In this document: positions 1 through 9,347 of the stretch, piece by piece
Numbering within the stretch: position 1 is the stretch's first letter
How the letters are laid out: the number at the start of each line of letters is the position of its first letter
Assembly (NCBI GenBank): GCA_964614365.1
Contig: CAZTLA010000002.1
Location: 1 to 42,500, forward strand
Source: an uncultured Syntrophales bacterium
GTDB taxonomy: Bacteria; Desulfobacterota; Syntrophia; Syntrophales; JACQWR01
DNA length: 42,500 bases
Reading direction: 5' to 3'
Notes under the pieces: model-generated
What the model saw: the letters and a program-made list of their open reading frames with translations, nothing else
What the model was told of the DNA's origin: nothing
The model's database searches: none
Made by a program: the position numbers and the translations under genes

Positions 1-165
1 AAGCATACCCTAAAGGGGTGCCCCAGAAAAGACGGGTTGGTCAGACGCTTACGTTTTCAGCGAGTTGGACCACGGAACCATCAGATTAATACGCCGTTGC
101 TTGAGGCGGGGATGGTTCATCATACCTTGTTTTGTCTTGGCAATGAGTATAGCTTTAACAATTAG
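1..165 (+). CDS. possible 3' end of an unidentified upstream gene (partial, runs off the window)
   Basis: Frame 1 is open from the window edge to TAG at 163-165 (54 codons). It is absent from the ORF track because it is truncated. No family is recognisable. Confidence 0.25.
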   Translation, partial: KHTLKGCPRKDGLVRRLRFQRVGPRNHQINTPLLEAGMVHHTLFCLGNEYSFNN

Positions 166-176
166 GAGGGAATTAT

Positions 177-965
177 ATGATTCCATTAAAACAAAGGCTT
201 AAAAGGGGCGAAGTTGTATTTGGCCCATGGTGTGTAATTCCTTCCGGAGTTGTTATGAACATAATTGCAGCTTCTGGTTTTGATTTCGTGATAATTGATT
301 TAGAACATAGTCCAGCCTCTTTTGAAACAGCTGAAGAAATGTGCCGGGCAGCTCAATCTGAAGGAGCAAGTCCTATCATTCGATTAGGGCAGATCAATGA
401 GGAACACATTTTAAAGTCATTAGATATAGGTTCGGAAGGGCTAATCGTCGCACATGTGGAAACAGCTAGTGCTGCGGCCAAAGTGATCACTCTTTCCAAA
501 TATCATCCCGTTGGGAAGCGTGGTTTTTCTCCTTTCACGAGAGCTGGGAAATATTCTGGAGGCGATATACTGGAACATGCTCACATACAGAACGAAATAA
601 CATTAGTAGGGGTGATTCTGGAGGGCAAAAAGGTGCTTGATAATATTGATGCTATTTTAAAAACACAGTTTTTGGATATTATCTATGTGGGCGCTTACGA
701 CCTTTCCCAGGCTTTGGGGATGCCCGGAGATGTGAATAATCCAGTAATAAAGAAGCAGATGGAAAAATGCGTACGAAAGATCAGAGACGCTAAAATAGCT
801 GCTGGTGGATACGTTGCAAGAGATACAGAAGATATGGCTTGGATGGTAGATATAGGGATGCAGTTTATTACATATCTGCCCGATTGTGCAGCCATAAGCG
901 AAAAGATGATAGGCGCGGTACAAAATTTTAACCGGGTGCTGAATAGAAAGGAACGAAAGCTATGA
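177..965 (+). CDS. HpcH/HpaI-family class II (pyruvate-dependent) aldolase
   Basis: 262-aa ORF. The N-terminal pattern G.W..IPS......IAASGFDFVIIDLEH and its length fit the HpcH/HpaI aldolase / citrate-lyase-beta-like fold. AGGAGG lies 6 nt upstream. The stop overlaps the next start (ATGA, 962-965). Confidence 0.8.
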   Translation: MIPLKQRLKRGEVVFGPWCVIPSGVVMNIIAASGFDFVIIDLEHSPASFETAEEMCRAAQSEGASPIIRLGQINEEHILKSLDIGSEGLIVAHVETASAAAKVITLSKYHPVGKRGFSPFTRAGKYSGGDILEHAHIQNEITLVGVILEGKKVLDNIDAILKTQFLDIIYVGAYDLSQALGMPGDVNNPVIKKQMEKCVRKIRDAKIAAGGYVARDTEDMAWMVDIGMQFITYLPDCAAISEKMIGAVQNFNRVLNRKERKL

Positions 966-1714
966 AAGTAGTTGGAATGATTCCGGCAAGGCTTCAGTCA
1001 AGTCGATTACCGGGAAAGGCTCTGGTGGACATCATGGGGTTGCCCATGGTGATACACACATGCAAGAGGGCTCAACTTGCTAAAAGCCTGGATGAGATAT
1101 ATCTCGCAACTGATAGTGAGCGTATCAGAGATGTGGCCGAGATGCATGGTATTAACGTCATCATGACCGGTTCACACCATATATCTGGCTCGGATAGGTT
1201 GGCAGAGGCCTGTCAGTATATAGATTGCGATGTCGTTGTGAATATTCAAGGCGACGAACCTCTCGTAGATCCTGCCCATATTAATGCCATAATAGAACCG
1301 CTTAGAAATGATCCATCAATCCAAATTACTGTTGGCATAACTCCATACGGAAAGAAAAACAGCGCCTCAGATATTAAGGCTGTGATAGATCTTTATAGTG
1401 ATATTATGTATTGTTCCAGGACGGACATACCATCAGATGCTCGTTCCCCAGTTAAGGAGCTGTTCAAAATGGTGTTCATCGTTCCTTTCAGAAAGAAATT
1501 TCTTCTTGAATATACGTCTTGGCAGTCTACTCCTCTGGAAAAAATAGAGTTCAATGAATATTTAAGGGTACTTGAACATGGGATAAAAATGCGTGCTGTA
1601 ATAGTGCACAATGCCAAAATTAGCGTCGATACGCATGAGGATCTGGAAGAAGTAAGAAAAATGATAGTAAAAGATGAATTAAAATATAAATATATGTGTA
1701 AAACGAATGGATAA
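962..1714 (+). CDS. CMP-ulosonic-acid-type cytidylyltransferase (KdsB / acylneuraminate cytidylyltransferase family)
   Basis: 250-aa ORF. The N-terminal IPAR..S.RLPGK.L motif and the internal NIQGDEPL motif are characteristic of the CTP_transf_3 (KdsB/NeuA) family. It is translationally coupled to the aldolase. Confidence 0.8.
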   Translation: MKVVGMIPARLQSSRLPGKALVDIMGLPMVIHTCKRAQLAKSLDEIYLATDSERIRDVAEMHGINVIMTGSHHISGSDRLAEACQYIDCDVVVNIQGDEPLVDPAHINAIIEPLRNDPSIQITVGITPYGKKNSASDIKAVIDLYSDIMYCSRTDIPSDARSPVKELFKMVFIVPFRKKFLLEYTSWQSTPLEKIEFNEYLRVLEHGIKMRAVIVHNAKISVDTHEDLEEVRKMIVKDELKYKYMCKTNG

Positions 1715-3461
1715 GTGTAAACTAAAAATAATTGATGCAGCCAATATACAAATAGGTGAGCAGTATGTAAATATTGAGAAATGGGAATGGGTTTTTTTGG
1801 GGACAGATACTTGTACGCGCGAGAAAATTATTGAGAGGCTGGGGACTGTTAATAGATTCTGTTATGCACGTGAGCTGCAAGAAATCAGTATTAACTATAG
1901 GGACACCTACCTTGATTGGTTGGCGCACATAAGCATGAAACAGGACCAGACGATCTGGTGGTCAACTAATATTGCGTATAAAAGCCCTTACACTTCCGAT
2001 CTTTTTTTGAATCATTGTTATCTGGGGCTTGTAAAGAAATGGATCGACACAGGAGTTAAAAATCGCATTGTTCTCGTTGAGAATCCATGGGTTTTGAAAT
2101 CGTGCTTATTAAGCTTTCGCGGTACTTCAGCAGATGTTATTGTAAATAAAGCTTATTTTCTGAAAGTCAAGGCGAGAAGATACCTAATGTCCTTTGCTCG
2201 CTTATTCTTTCAACTTTATAACTCCTTGAAGCTGTGGATAGGTAGCAGGGCATATTTGTTGTTGCAGAATGATTGCTTGATGGGGAAAGCATCAAGATAT
2301 GATGTTGATATTTTGAGCATTACATGGGTTGAAGATCGGTCATTTGATTGTGAAGGTAAATATTCCGATCCTTATATAGGAATATTGCATAAATATTACC
2401 AGATGAAGGGCTTAAAGGTTCTGACCACTACGCTGCCTATTTTCCCTTACAGACTTTTAAAAAAGGTTTATGCTTGCAGGCAAGTTGTCCCTCTAGTTGT
2501 TTTCATGAAATTTACGGATATTATGCGCGCTTGCTTACATTCATTGCTTTTCAAATGCAACAAAGAGAATGTTGAATATGACGGACTCGTCACTGCACCT
2601 CTTTTTCACTACGAGATGATATACGAGAAGGGGCAAGTTTTCTGTGCGGTCTTACATTACCTCACCTGTCTGAGGATTTTTAAGAGTAATGCGATATCTT
2701 TTCGCATACTACTTTACCCTTTTGAAAATCAGCCGTGGGACAAGATGATGGTACTTGCTCAAAAACATGCGAAAGCGAAATTTAAGTCAATCGGCTGTCA
2801 CAACATAGGCGTGCCTTATTTCTACTTGAATTTTTTTTTAGGACATAGAGAAAATGTGTTATGCCCTCAACCTGATATTATCGCTTCGAATGGTTCCTAT
2901 TGGGCGAAAGTACTGAGAGATGCAGGGTTTTCCTGCGATATAAGAAATGGGGGGTCTTTGCGCTTTGGGTCAGGAATTGGGAAAATAACCGGAAATACAA
3001 AGCCATTACAGAGTTATCATGTACTGGTTCTATTTTCAGCGTCGTTGAACTACTCTTTGGACCTCATGTTCTATATGCTGAGAACTTCAAGAAGTGAAAA
3101 CATGTACTATATAAAGCCACATCCGGATACTCCCGCTGAGATTATTCAAAAGTACACGGGTTTATTACCGAAGAATTTCAGGTTTGTTAGCGGGGCTATG
3201 GATGAGTGGATGGATAAGGTTGGTTATGCCATCCATGTGGGGACAAATGCTGCAATTGAGTGCATGATGAACGGAATCAAAGTGTTTAAATATTTGCCGG
3301 AAAGAATAGACCTCGATCCCCTCCTCGGTTTGGGTTTTGAACAGGACACAGTGAGTGATAAGGATATATTGGATTATAGTAATAATAATATAAGTAAAAT
3401 TCCGAATGATAAATTAATAGCAGAACCATTTAATAAAGAAATGTGGGATGGTATATTATAA
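1707..3461 (+). CDS. hypothetical 584-aa protein, possibly a capsule-type (KpsS/KpsC-like) glycosyl/ulosonate transferase
   Basis: Long ORF overlapping the upstream stop by 8 nt, in the same AT-rich operon. The C-terminal KPHPD...HVGTNAAIECMMNGIKV loosely recalls capsule-polysaccharide-synthesis transferases. The family assignment is weak. Confidence 0.55.
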   Translation: MDKCKLKIIDAANIQIGEQYVNIEKWEWVFLGTDTCTREKIIERLGTVNRFCYARELQEISINYRDTYLDWLAHISMKQDQTIWWSTNIAYKSPYTSDLFLNHCYLGLVKKWIDTGVKNRIVLVENPWVLKSCLLSFRGTSADVIVNKAYFLKVKARRYLMSFARLFFQLYNSLKLWIGSRAYLLLQNDCLMGKASRYDVDILSITWVEDRSFDCEGKYSDPYIGILHKYYQMKGLKVLTTTLPIFPYRLLKKVYACRQVVPLVVFMKFTDIMRACLHSLLFKCNKENVEYDGLVTAPLFHYEMIYEKGQVFCAVLHYLTCLRIFKSNAISFRILLYPFENQPWDKMMVLAQKHAKAKFKSIGCHNIGVPYFYLNFFLGHRENVLCPQPDIIASNGSYWAKVLRDAGFSCDIRNGGSLRFGSGIGKITGNTKPLQSYHVLVLFSASLNYSLDLMFYMLRTSRSENMYYIKPHPDTPAEIIQKYTGLLPKNFRFVSGAMDEWMDKVGYAIHVGTNAAIECMMNGIKVFKYLPERIDLDPLLGLGFEQDTVSDKDILDYSNNNISKIPNDKLIAEPFNKEMWDGIL

Positions 3462-3560
3462 TTTTTCAGTGACTTGAGTTATTGAATACACAATCTTTAT
3501 GGAGCACTATTTGATTTTAAAGGGTTCAAAGAGGTCGCTCGTAAGGGATTCGTAATTGCT

Positions 3561-5054
3561 ATGAAAAGAATCAATAAAGCACTTCTTGTTATCCCACCGG
3601 CATTCACGTTTAAAAATAGTTTGGATATTAATCCGCTTCCTCCCTTAGGGCTGGGTTATATTGCCGCTGTGCTGCAGAATCAGGGCGTGGAAGTGAAGAT
3701 TGTTGATGCTCTTATGATGGGTTGGCATAACAGGATCAAGGTTCATGATAATATCATTAGAATCGGTTTGAATTTTGAGGATATACAGAAAATCATAGAG
3801 GACTATGCGCCGGATATGGTCGGTGTAAATTCCCTATTCACCAAGCAGAGACAAAATGCCCATGAAATTTATCGGTTGGCGAAGAAGGTTGCTCCTAACA
3901 TAGTGACGGTGGCAGGCGGCGCTCATCCGACGGTTTTGCCTGAACTGGTTTTATCCGACGATAATGTTGATTTTGTCGTATTAGGTGAGGGCGAGAAGAC
4001 CATACTTGATATACTGAATATAGTTGAAGGAAGGAAAGAAAATCTTCAACTCGATGGAATTGGATTTAAAGAAAATGGGAAAAACATTCTGATTCCAAAG
4101 ACAAAATTTATTCATGATATTGATGGCATTTCGTTCCCTGCATGGGATGTCATGAATTTGGAAAATTACTTCGGCATGAAAGCCTCTCACGGCGAAAGAC
4201 ATCACGCTCGTTTCATGCCTATTATGACTTCCCGTGGTTGCAGCGCGGGATGCACCTTTTGTTCGGCTCATCGCGTGTGGGGGAGAAAATATCGAATGCG
4301 TTCCCCCGAAAATGTAATAGAGGAAATGCAGCAACTGAAAAACAAATATGGGATTGAGGAACTGATGTTCGAGGATGATAATCTAACCTTGAATATAAAA
4401 CGGGCAGAAAAAATATTTGATTCAATGATTGAGAAAAATCTTAATTTTGCCTGGGATACCCCAAACGGTGCGGCTGCGTTTGCTCTGACTGAATCCACGA
4501 TTATGAAGATGAAGAAAAGTGGTTGTTATCAAATGAATTTAGCGTTGGAGTCCGGAAGCCAATATGTTTTAGACAATATAATAAAAAAGCCCTTAAAATT
4601 ATCCAAAACGAAACCCTTGATAAAATATGCAAAAGAAATAGGGTTGAATACTTCAATATTTCTGGTAGTGGGAATGCCGGGTGAAACACTGGAGCAAATA
4701 AACGAATCCTTTCGTTTAGCCGAAGAATTGGAAACGTATAATCCTCACGTTTCCGTTGCTACTCCTTATCCGGGCACAGAACTCTATGATGTTTGTATTA
4801 AGAACGGCTACATTGACCCCGATTTCGATCTGGATGATCTATTTATCCGCAGTTTTTGTATCACTACTGAAGATTGGAACAGTGACGATTTGAAAAGAAT
4901 TCTGAGGCATGGACGAAGGTATCTACTGAAAGCTAAGTATCGGAAATATCCTCATATGTTGATAGTAGACGCAGTTAAAGGGCTGAAGATTCTTATGCGG
5001 GACCCATTTAGCCTTCCCCAGAAGTTCTTGAGGTTTGTAGGTGCAAAAACCTGA
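3561..5054 (+). CDS. B12-binding-domain radical SAM enzyme
   Basis: 497 aa. It has an N-terminal Rossmann-like cobalamin-binding region (LLVIPP...GLGYIAAVL...VGV) followed by the canonical CxxxCxxC motif (RGCSAGCTFC). Confidence 0.85.
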   Translation: MKRINKALLVIPPAFTFKNSLDINPLPPLGLGYIAAVLQNQGVEVKIVDALMMGWHNRIKVHDNIIRIGLNFEDIQKIIEDYAPDMVGVNSLFTKQRQNAHEIYRLAKKVAPNIVTVAGGAHPTVLPELVLSDDNVDFVVLGEGEKTILDILNIVEGRKENLQLDGIGFKENGKNILIPKTKFIHDIDGISFPAWDVMNLENYFGMKASHGERHHARFMPIMTSRGCSAGCTFCSAHRVWGRKYRMRSPENVIEEMQQLKNKYGIEELMFEDDNLTLNIKRAEKIFDSMIEKNLNFAWDTPNGAAAFALTESTIMKMKKSGCYQMNLALESGSQYVLDNIIKKPLKLSKTKPLIKYAKEIGLNTSIFLVVGMPGETLEQINESFRLAEELETYNPHVSVATPYPGTELYDVCIKNGYIDPDFDLDDLFIRSFCITTEDWNSDDLKRILRHGRRYLLKAKYRKYPHMLIVDAVKGLKILMRDPFSLPQKFLRFVGAKT

Positions 5055-5070
5055 CGATAAGAGTTCTACG

Positions 5071-6258
5071 ATGAAAAATAATATTCGCCTCTCACGTTCT
5101 ATCGTAGGGCAGGCAGAAGCTGAAGCCGTTTCCCGCGTTTTACTCGAGGATGGCTATTTGGGCATGGGCAAGGAGGTCCAAACTTTTGAGGAAGAGATAG
5201 CCAAATTTCTCGAGGTACCCAGAGATTGGGTGATTTGCGTCAATTCAGGAACGGCAGCACTGCACTTGGCCGTACAGACCTTAACTAGACCTGATGATGA
5301 AGTTCTGGTTCAGGCTCTGACGTATGTGGCGTCTTTTCAAGCCATAAAAGCAACAGGTGCGATACCTGTCGCTTGTGAGGTTATTCCTGAAAATATAACC
5401 CTTGACTTGGATGATGCCGCAAAGCGGTTATCGACACGCACAAAAATTGTTATGCCCGTGCATTATGCCAGCAACCCCGGAGATCTCGCTGCAATCTATG
5501 AATTTGCAAAACATCATGGTTTGCGAGTCATTGAAGATGCTGCCCATGCCTTTGGATGTTTATATCATGGCCATAAAATCGGGTCACAAGAACTACTAAA
5601 TCAACTATATGGTAATTCTCCATCAAGCGTAGTTTGTTTTAGTTTTGACGGCATCAAAAATATTACCAGCGGTGAAGGAGGAGTGGTCATTACTCAAGAC
5701 CCCTTTGTTGCCCAGAAGATTCGCGATGCCAGGTTACTAGGCGTGGAACAAGATACAGAGAAGCGTTACTCAGGACAGCGAAGCTGGGAATTTGATGTTC
5801 AGCAGCAGGGGTATCGTTATCATATGAGTAATATATTTGCTGCCATAGGGCGGGTTCAACTACAGCGCCTTTCTAATGAATTCGCGCCAAAACGGAGAGC
5901 ATGGGCCTGCCTATACCGTGCAAAATTGAAATCCATAGCCGGGATCAAATTTCTTCAAAGTGATTTGGATAGTATTATTCCCCATATCCAACCAATACTT
6001 GTTCCGGCAATTCATCGAGATAGCCTTCGACAATACCTTAGCGATAAAGGCATTGAAACAGGCATTCATTACATGCCAAATCATTTGTTGACTTTTTTTG
6101 GCGACCGGAATGATAGGCTCCCCGTGACTGAACAATTATATGAAGAGTTGCTGTCGTTGCCGTTGCATCCAGGCTTAACGGAATCGGATGTAAACTATGT
6201 AATTGATCGAGTATCAGAGTTTGGTGCAGCGACATTCCCTGTCGATGGCAATGACTGA
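5071..6258 (+). CDS. DegT/DnrJ/EryC1/StrS-family PLP-dependent sugar aminotransferase
   Basis: Typical family pattern (NSGTAALHLA, PVHYAS, IEDAAHAFG, SFDGIKNITSGEGG). I place the start at ATG 5071; the ORF-track start at 5041 is a GTG overlapping the upstream gene. Confidence 0.85.
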   Translation: MKNNIRLSRSIVGQAEAEAVSRVLLEDGYLGMGKEVQTFEEEIAKFLEVPRDWVICVNSGTAALHLAVQTLTRPDDEVLVQALTYVASFQAIKATGAIPVACEVIPENITLDLDDAAKRLSTRTKIVMPVHYASNPGDLAAIYEFAKHHGLRVIEDAAHAFGCLYHGHKIGSQELLNQLYGNSPSSVVCFSFDGIKNITSGEGGVVITQDPFVAQKIRDARLLGVEQDTEKRYSGQRSWEFDVQQQGYRYHMSNIFAAIGRVQLQRLSNEFAPKRRAWACLYRAKLKSIAGIKFLQSDLDSIIPHIQPILVPAIHRDSLRQYLSDKGIETGIHYMPNHLLTFFGDRNDRLPVTEQLYEELLSLPLHPGLTESDVNYVIDRVSEFGAATFPVDGND

Positions 6259-7231
6259 GACCAATACAAAAAATTCAGATCAGCCCTCTGCTCATTCATC
6301 ACATTGTCCCAAAGTCGGCATAGTCATGAATTGCTATAATGGGGAAGAATTTCTTCAGGAAGCAATTGATTCCATATATGCCCAAACCTTTATAGATTGG
6401 GAGATAATCTTCTGGGATAACGCATCCGCCGATAGATCGGCTGAGATAGCAAAGAGTTATAATGATGGGAGGATGCGTTACTTCCGATCAAAAAATACCG
6501 TGCCGCTTGGTGAAGCCAGAAATTATGCCATTGAACAACTACGCGGACAGTACATCGCTTTTTTGGATTGTGATGATATATGGCTGCCCGAAAAGCTGAA
6601 TAAGCAGGTTACAATTTTAGAAGAAAAGCCCGGTATTGATTTTATTTACAGCAATTACTTTAAGATAGTTATGCCGAGGGCCGATAAAAGAATTATTGGT
6701 TTGAAAGGAAAACAACCGGAAGGCGATGTGTTTGAAAAGTTCCTGTATCAATATCCCGTAAATCTGCAAACAGTGATTTTTAGAAAAGAGGTTTTGAATA
6801 AGCTCGATTATTTTTTTGATAAAAAGCTTAATTTATCTGAAGAATTTGATCTTTTTATGAGGATTTTCAAGAATTCAACTGTATCATATGAGAGCGAACC
6901 ATCGATTATTACTCGGATACATCGACACATGAGCAGCCTAAGATATGCCAGGGATTATTATGATGAATGCATGTATATAGCGGAGAAGTTTAAAACAGCC
7001 GATAATGATTTTGAGAACAAATATGGGGTGGCTTTACGGTACTTTTACGCGAAAGCAAATTATTATAGAGCACGATCCGAGATGTCGGAATCTAATTCAC
7101 GAAAAGCACGAGAGTGCTTGCGAACATATAAATTTTTGGACATAAAATTCTATGGACTCTATCTCATAACCTATTTGCCGAATATCATATGGCGAATGTT
7201 GCATCGCGCTAAAGACAGAGGTATCATTTAA
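6245..7231 (+). CDS. family-2 glycosyltransferase
   Basis: N-terminal GT2 signature (VGIVMNCYNGEEFLQEAIDSIYAQTF...DNASADRS...FLDCDD). ATG 6245/6251 is the likely start and overlaps the DegT stop. Confidence 0.8.
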   Translation: MAMTETNTKNSDQPSAHSSHCPKVGIVMNCYNGEEFLQEAIDSIYAQTFIDWEIIFWDNASADRSAEIAKSYNDGRMRYFRSKNTVPLGEARNYAIEQLRGQYIAFLDCDDIWLPEKLNKQVTILEEKPGIDFIYSNYFKIVMPRADKRIIGLKGKQPEGDVFEKFLYQYPVNLQTVIFRKEVLNKLDYFFDKKLNLSEEFDLFMRIFKNSTVSYESEPSIITRIHRHMSSLRYARDYYDECMYIAEKFKTADNDFENKYGVALRYFYAKANYYRARSEMSESNSRKARECLRTYKFLDIKFYGLYLITYLPNIIWRMLHRAKDRGII

Positions 7232-7269
7232 TGCAGATAATTAAGGCCGGGAATTGAGAAATTGAAAAG

Positions 7270-8796
7270 ATGATGTATGGGATGACCCCTGAGTTAACAA
7301 AGAAATATAAATGGGTAGTATTCGCTTTATTGGCCATAGTGACGCTATGGCTTATGTGGAATATGCCTGTGTTCCTAAAGTTTGTAGAATTCTTGGGGCA
7401 TAGGATCCCGCAAAAGGACTTACGGGTAGATTATCTTAAGGGGCTTGTATGGGCTATTTTATTGGGGGCAACGATATTTTTCTGGCCGATCCATTCCCAG
7501 GACAGGAAGGCTCTTTTATGGGTATGGTCAGTCAAATGCTTTGTCATGCTTTGCCTCATGCTCTTCTATGAGTACTATTATCAAACAGACGCTTTCGGGT
7601 ATTTTTCAGGGTCAAGGCACAATATCAGCGAGTGGGAAAGAATGGATTTAGCGGGACCATCTTTCGTGGTTGTTTTTATTGCCTGGCTGCATAATCATTC
7701 CTTTGTTGATTCATTCCATGCTACGAAGGTCAGCTTTGGGATGATAGGCTTGGTTGCGATATACATTTTCTATCGCTCTGCAGTGGCTTTTTTGCAACAA
7801 GAAAGGTTAAGCTTGCTATATATCTTTGCGTTCTTTCCTTCAATTCTATTTTGGTCTTCAATATTAGGCAAGGAGCCTATCGTGTTATTAGGTCTATCTG
7901 TTTATTCCTACGGAGTCATAAAATTGTTTAAACATGGCAATGTATCATATGCAGCAATTTTGTTGTTAGGTGTCATTGTTACGGCAACTATACGTATATG
8001 GATGGGATCTATCCTATTATTGCCCGTTTTGATAAGTATCTTTATTAATCTTAAAATAATAAAGCAAAAAGTAACAACTTTATTTATTTTAGTGTTGGCA
8101 TTTTTATTTTCTTTCTATTTGGTCATGCAAACTTTGAATATAAAGTCTAGTGAGGATTTGTCGAACCGGGCAACTCAAACATCGAATAATTTTGCTATAG
8201 GTGGCAGCACGATAAAAGAAACTGCGAGCCGGGAAGCTCAAACTTCAAATAATTTTGCTGGAGGTGGCAGTGAGGTAAAAGAGACTGCAAGCGGAAACAC
8301 GATAAAGGGAATGCCAGATAGGGCATCTGATAGTGAAAATTATTCTGCAAAGAAAGAAAACGCGGGTGAAACGAAAAAAATAAAATATAATAATCTGTGG
8401 GATATGCTGTTATTTGTTCCCTATGGGATGTTTACTGTTCTGTTTAGGCCATTGCCGGGCGAGGTCAATAATATATTTGGCTTCCTCGCAGGGATGGAAG
8501 ATTCATTTTTGTTGATACTGTTTGTTCTTGCGATCAAAAGGGCGCGATGGCAAGAATTGATCGAGCCCCTGTCTATATGGGCTATTTTGCTCATTGTGAT
8601 CTGGGCCGCTGCTTATGCGTTTGTTGGATTTAATCTAGGCACCGTGTGCCGTTATAGATTGCAGATTCTGCCTTTCTTTTTAGGATTATTAATGTATATG
8701 GCTCGGAACCGGGATAGTTCAATAACTTTCGTCCAAACAGAAATTGTACAACAATTTTCAGGTGAAAAAGGTATTGATCGTGAATCGGCTCCTTGA
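7270..8796 (+). CDS. polytopic membrane protein (O-antigen polymerase/ligase-like role inferred from context) with a hydrophilic tandem-repeat loop
   Basis: 508 aa with many hydrophobic segments and a central hydrophilic insert containing a 2 x 21-aa repeat. It sits between the GT2 and the initiating sugar transferase. No specific family motif is recognised. Confidence 0.55.
   Translation: MMYGMTPELTKKYKWVVFALLAIVTLWLMWNMPVFLKFVEFLGHRIPQKDLRVDYLKGLVWAILLGATIFFWPIHSQDRKALLWVWSVKCFVMLCLMLFYEYYYQTDAFGYFSGSRHNISEWERMDLAGPSFVVVFIAWLHNHSFVDSFHATKVSFGMIGLVAIYIFYRSAVAFLQQERLSLLYIFAFFPSILFWSSILGKEPIVLLGLSVYSYGVIKLFKHGNVSYAAILLLGVIVTATIRIWMGSILLLPVLISIFINLKIIKQKVTTLFILVLAFLFSFYLVMQTLNIKSSEDLSNRATQTSNNFAIGGSTIKETASREAQTSNNFAGGGSEVKETASGNTIKGMPDRASDSENYSAKKENAGETKKIKYNNLWDMLLFVPYGMFTVLFRPLPGEVNNIFGFLAGMEDSFLLILFVLAIKRARWQELIEPLSIWAILLIVIWAAAYAFVGFNLGTVCRYRLQILPFFLGLLMYMARNRDSSITFVQTEIVQQFSGEKGIDRESAP
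8166..8291 (+). repeat. 2 x 63-bp in-frame tandem repeat inside the membrane-protein gene
   Basis: Copy 1 is 8166-8228 and copy 2 is 8229-8291. They encode (R)ATQTSNNFAIGGSTIKETAS / REAQTSNNFAGGGSEVKETAS. Confidence 0.85.
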
Positions 8797-9340
8797 CGTT
8801 GTAATAGCACTAGTCCTTATCGTATCGTGCGGCATTCCCATGCTGGTCATTGCGGCTCTGATAAAATTGACTTCGCGTGGACCGGCTTTGTACTGGTCCG
8901 ATCGGGTTGGGAAAGACAACGTGATTTTCAAGATGCCCAAGTTCCGGACCATGCGCATCGATACCCCGCCGGTGGCGACCCATCTTCTGGAAAATCCCGG
9001 TGCCTACCTCACACGGGTAGGATCGTATCTCCGAAAGTTCAGTCTTGACGAGTTGCCGCAATTGTGGAGTATAGTAAAAGGCGACATGACCTTTGTCGGT
9101 CCCCGGCCCGCCCTCTACAACCAGGAGGACCTGATTCGTCTCCGCACCGGAAAGGGAATACAGAGCCTTACCCCGGGAGTCACCGGCTGGGCGCAGATAA
9201 ACGGCAGGGACACAATACCGATCCCGCTGAAAGTGGAGCTGGACGATTACTACCTGCGAAACAAATCGTTATTATTTGATATGAAGATACTCTGGATGAC
9301 GCTCATTAAAGTATTGAGAGCGGAAGATGTGAAGCACTGA
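8744..9340 (+). CDS. undecaprenyl-phosphate sugar phosphotransferase (small PglC/WbaP-C-type bacterial sugar transferase)
   Basis: RLLDVVIAL.L......P...I....KL.S.GP.LY...RVG.....F...KFRTM, DELPQL.N...G.M..VGPRP and the C-terminal KP.LTG.AQ pattern are all present. The real start may be GTG 8762. G+C content rises sharply at this gene. Confidence 0.85.
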   Translation: MYNNFQVKKVLIVNRLLDVVIALVLIVSCGIPMLVIAALIKLTSRGPALYWSDRVGKDNVIFKMPKFRTMRIDTPPVATHLLENPGAYLTRVGSYLRKFSLDELPQLWSIVKGDMTFVGPRPALYNQEDLIRLRTGKGIQSLTPGVTGWAQINGRDTIPIPLKVELDDYYLRNKSLLFDMKILWMTLIKVLRAEDVKH

Positions 9341-9347
9341 TGCCGGT

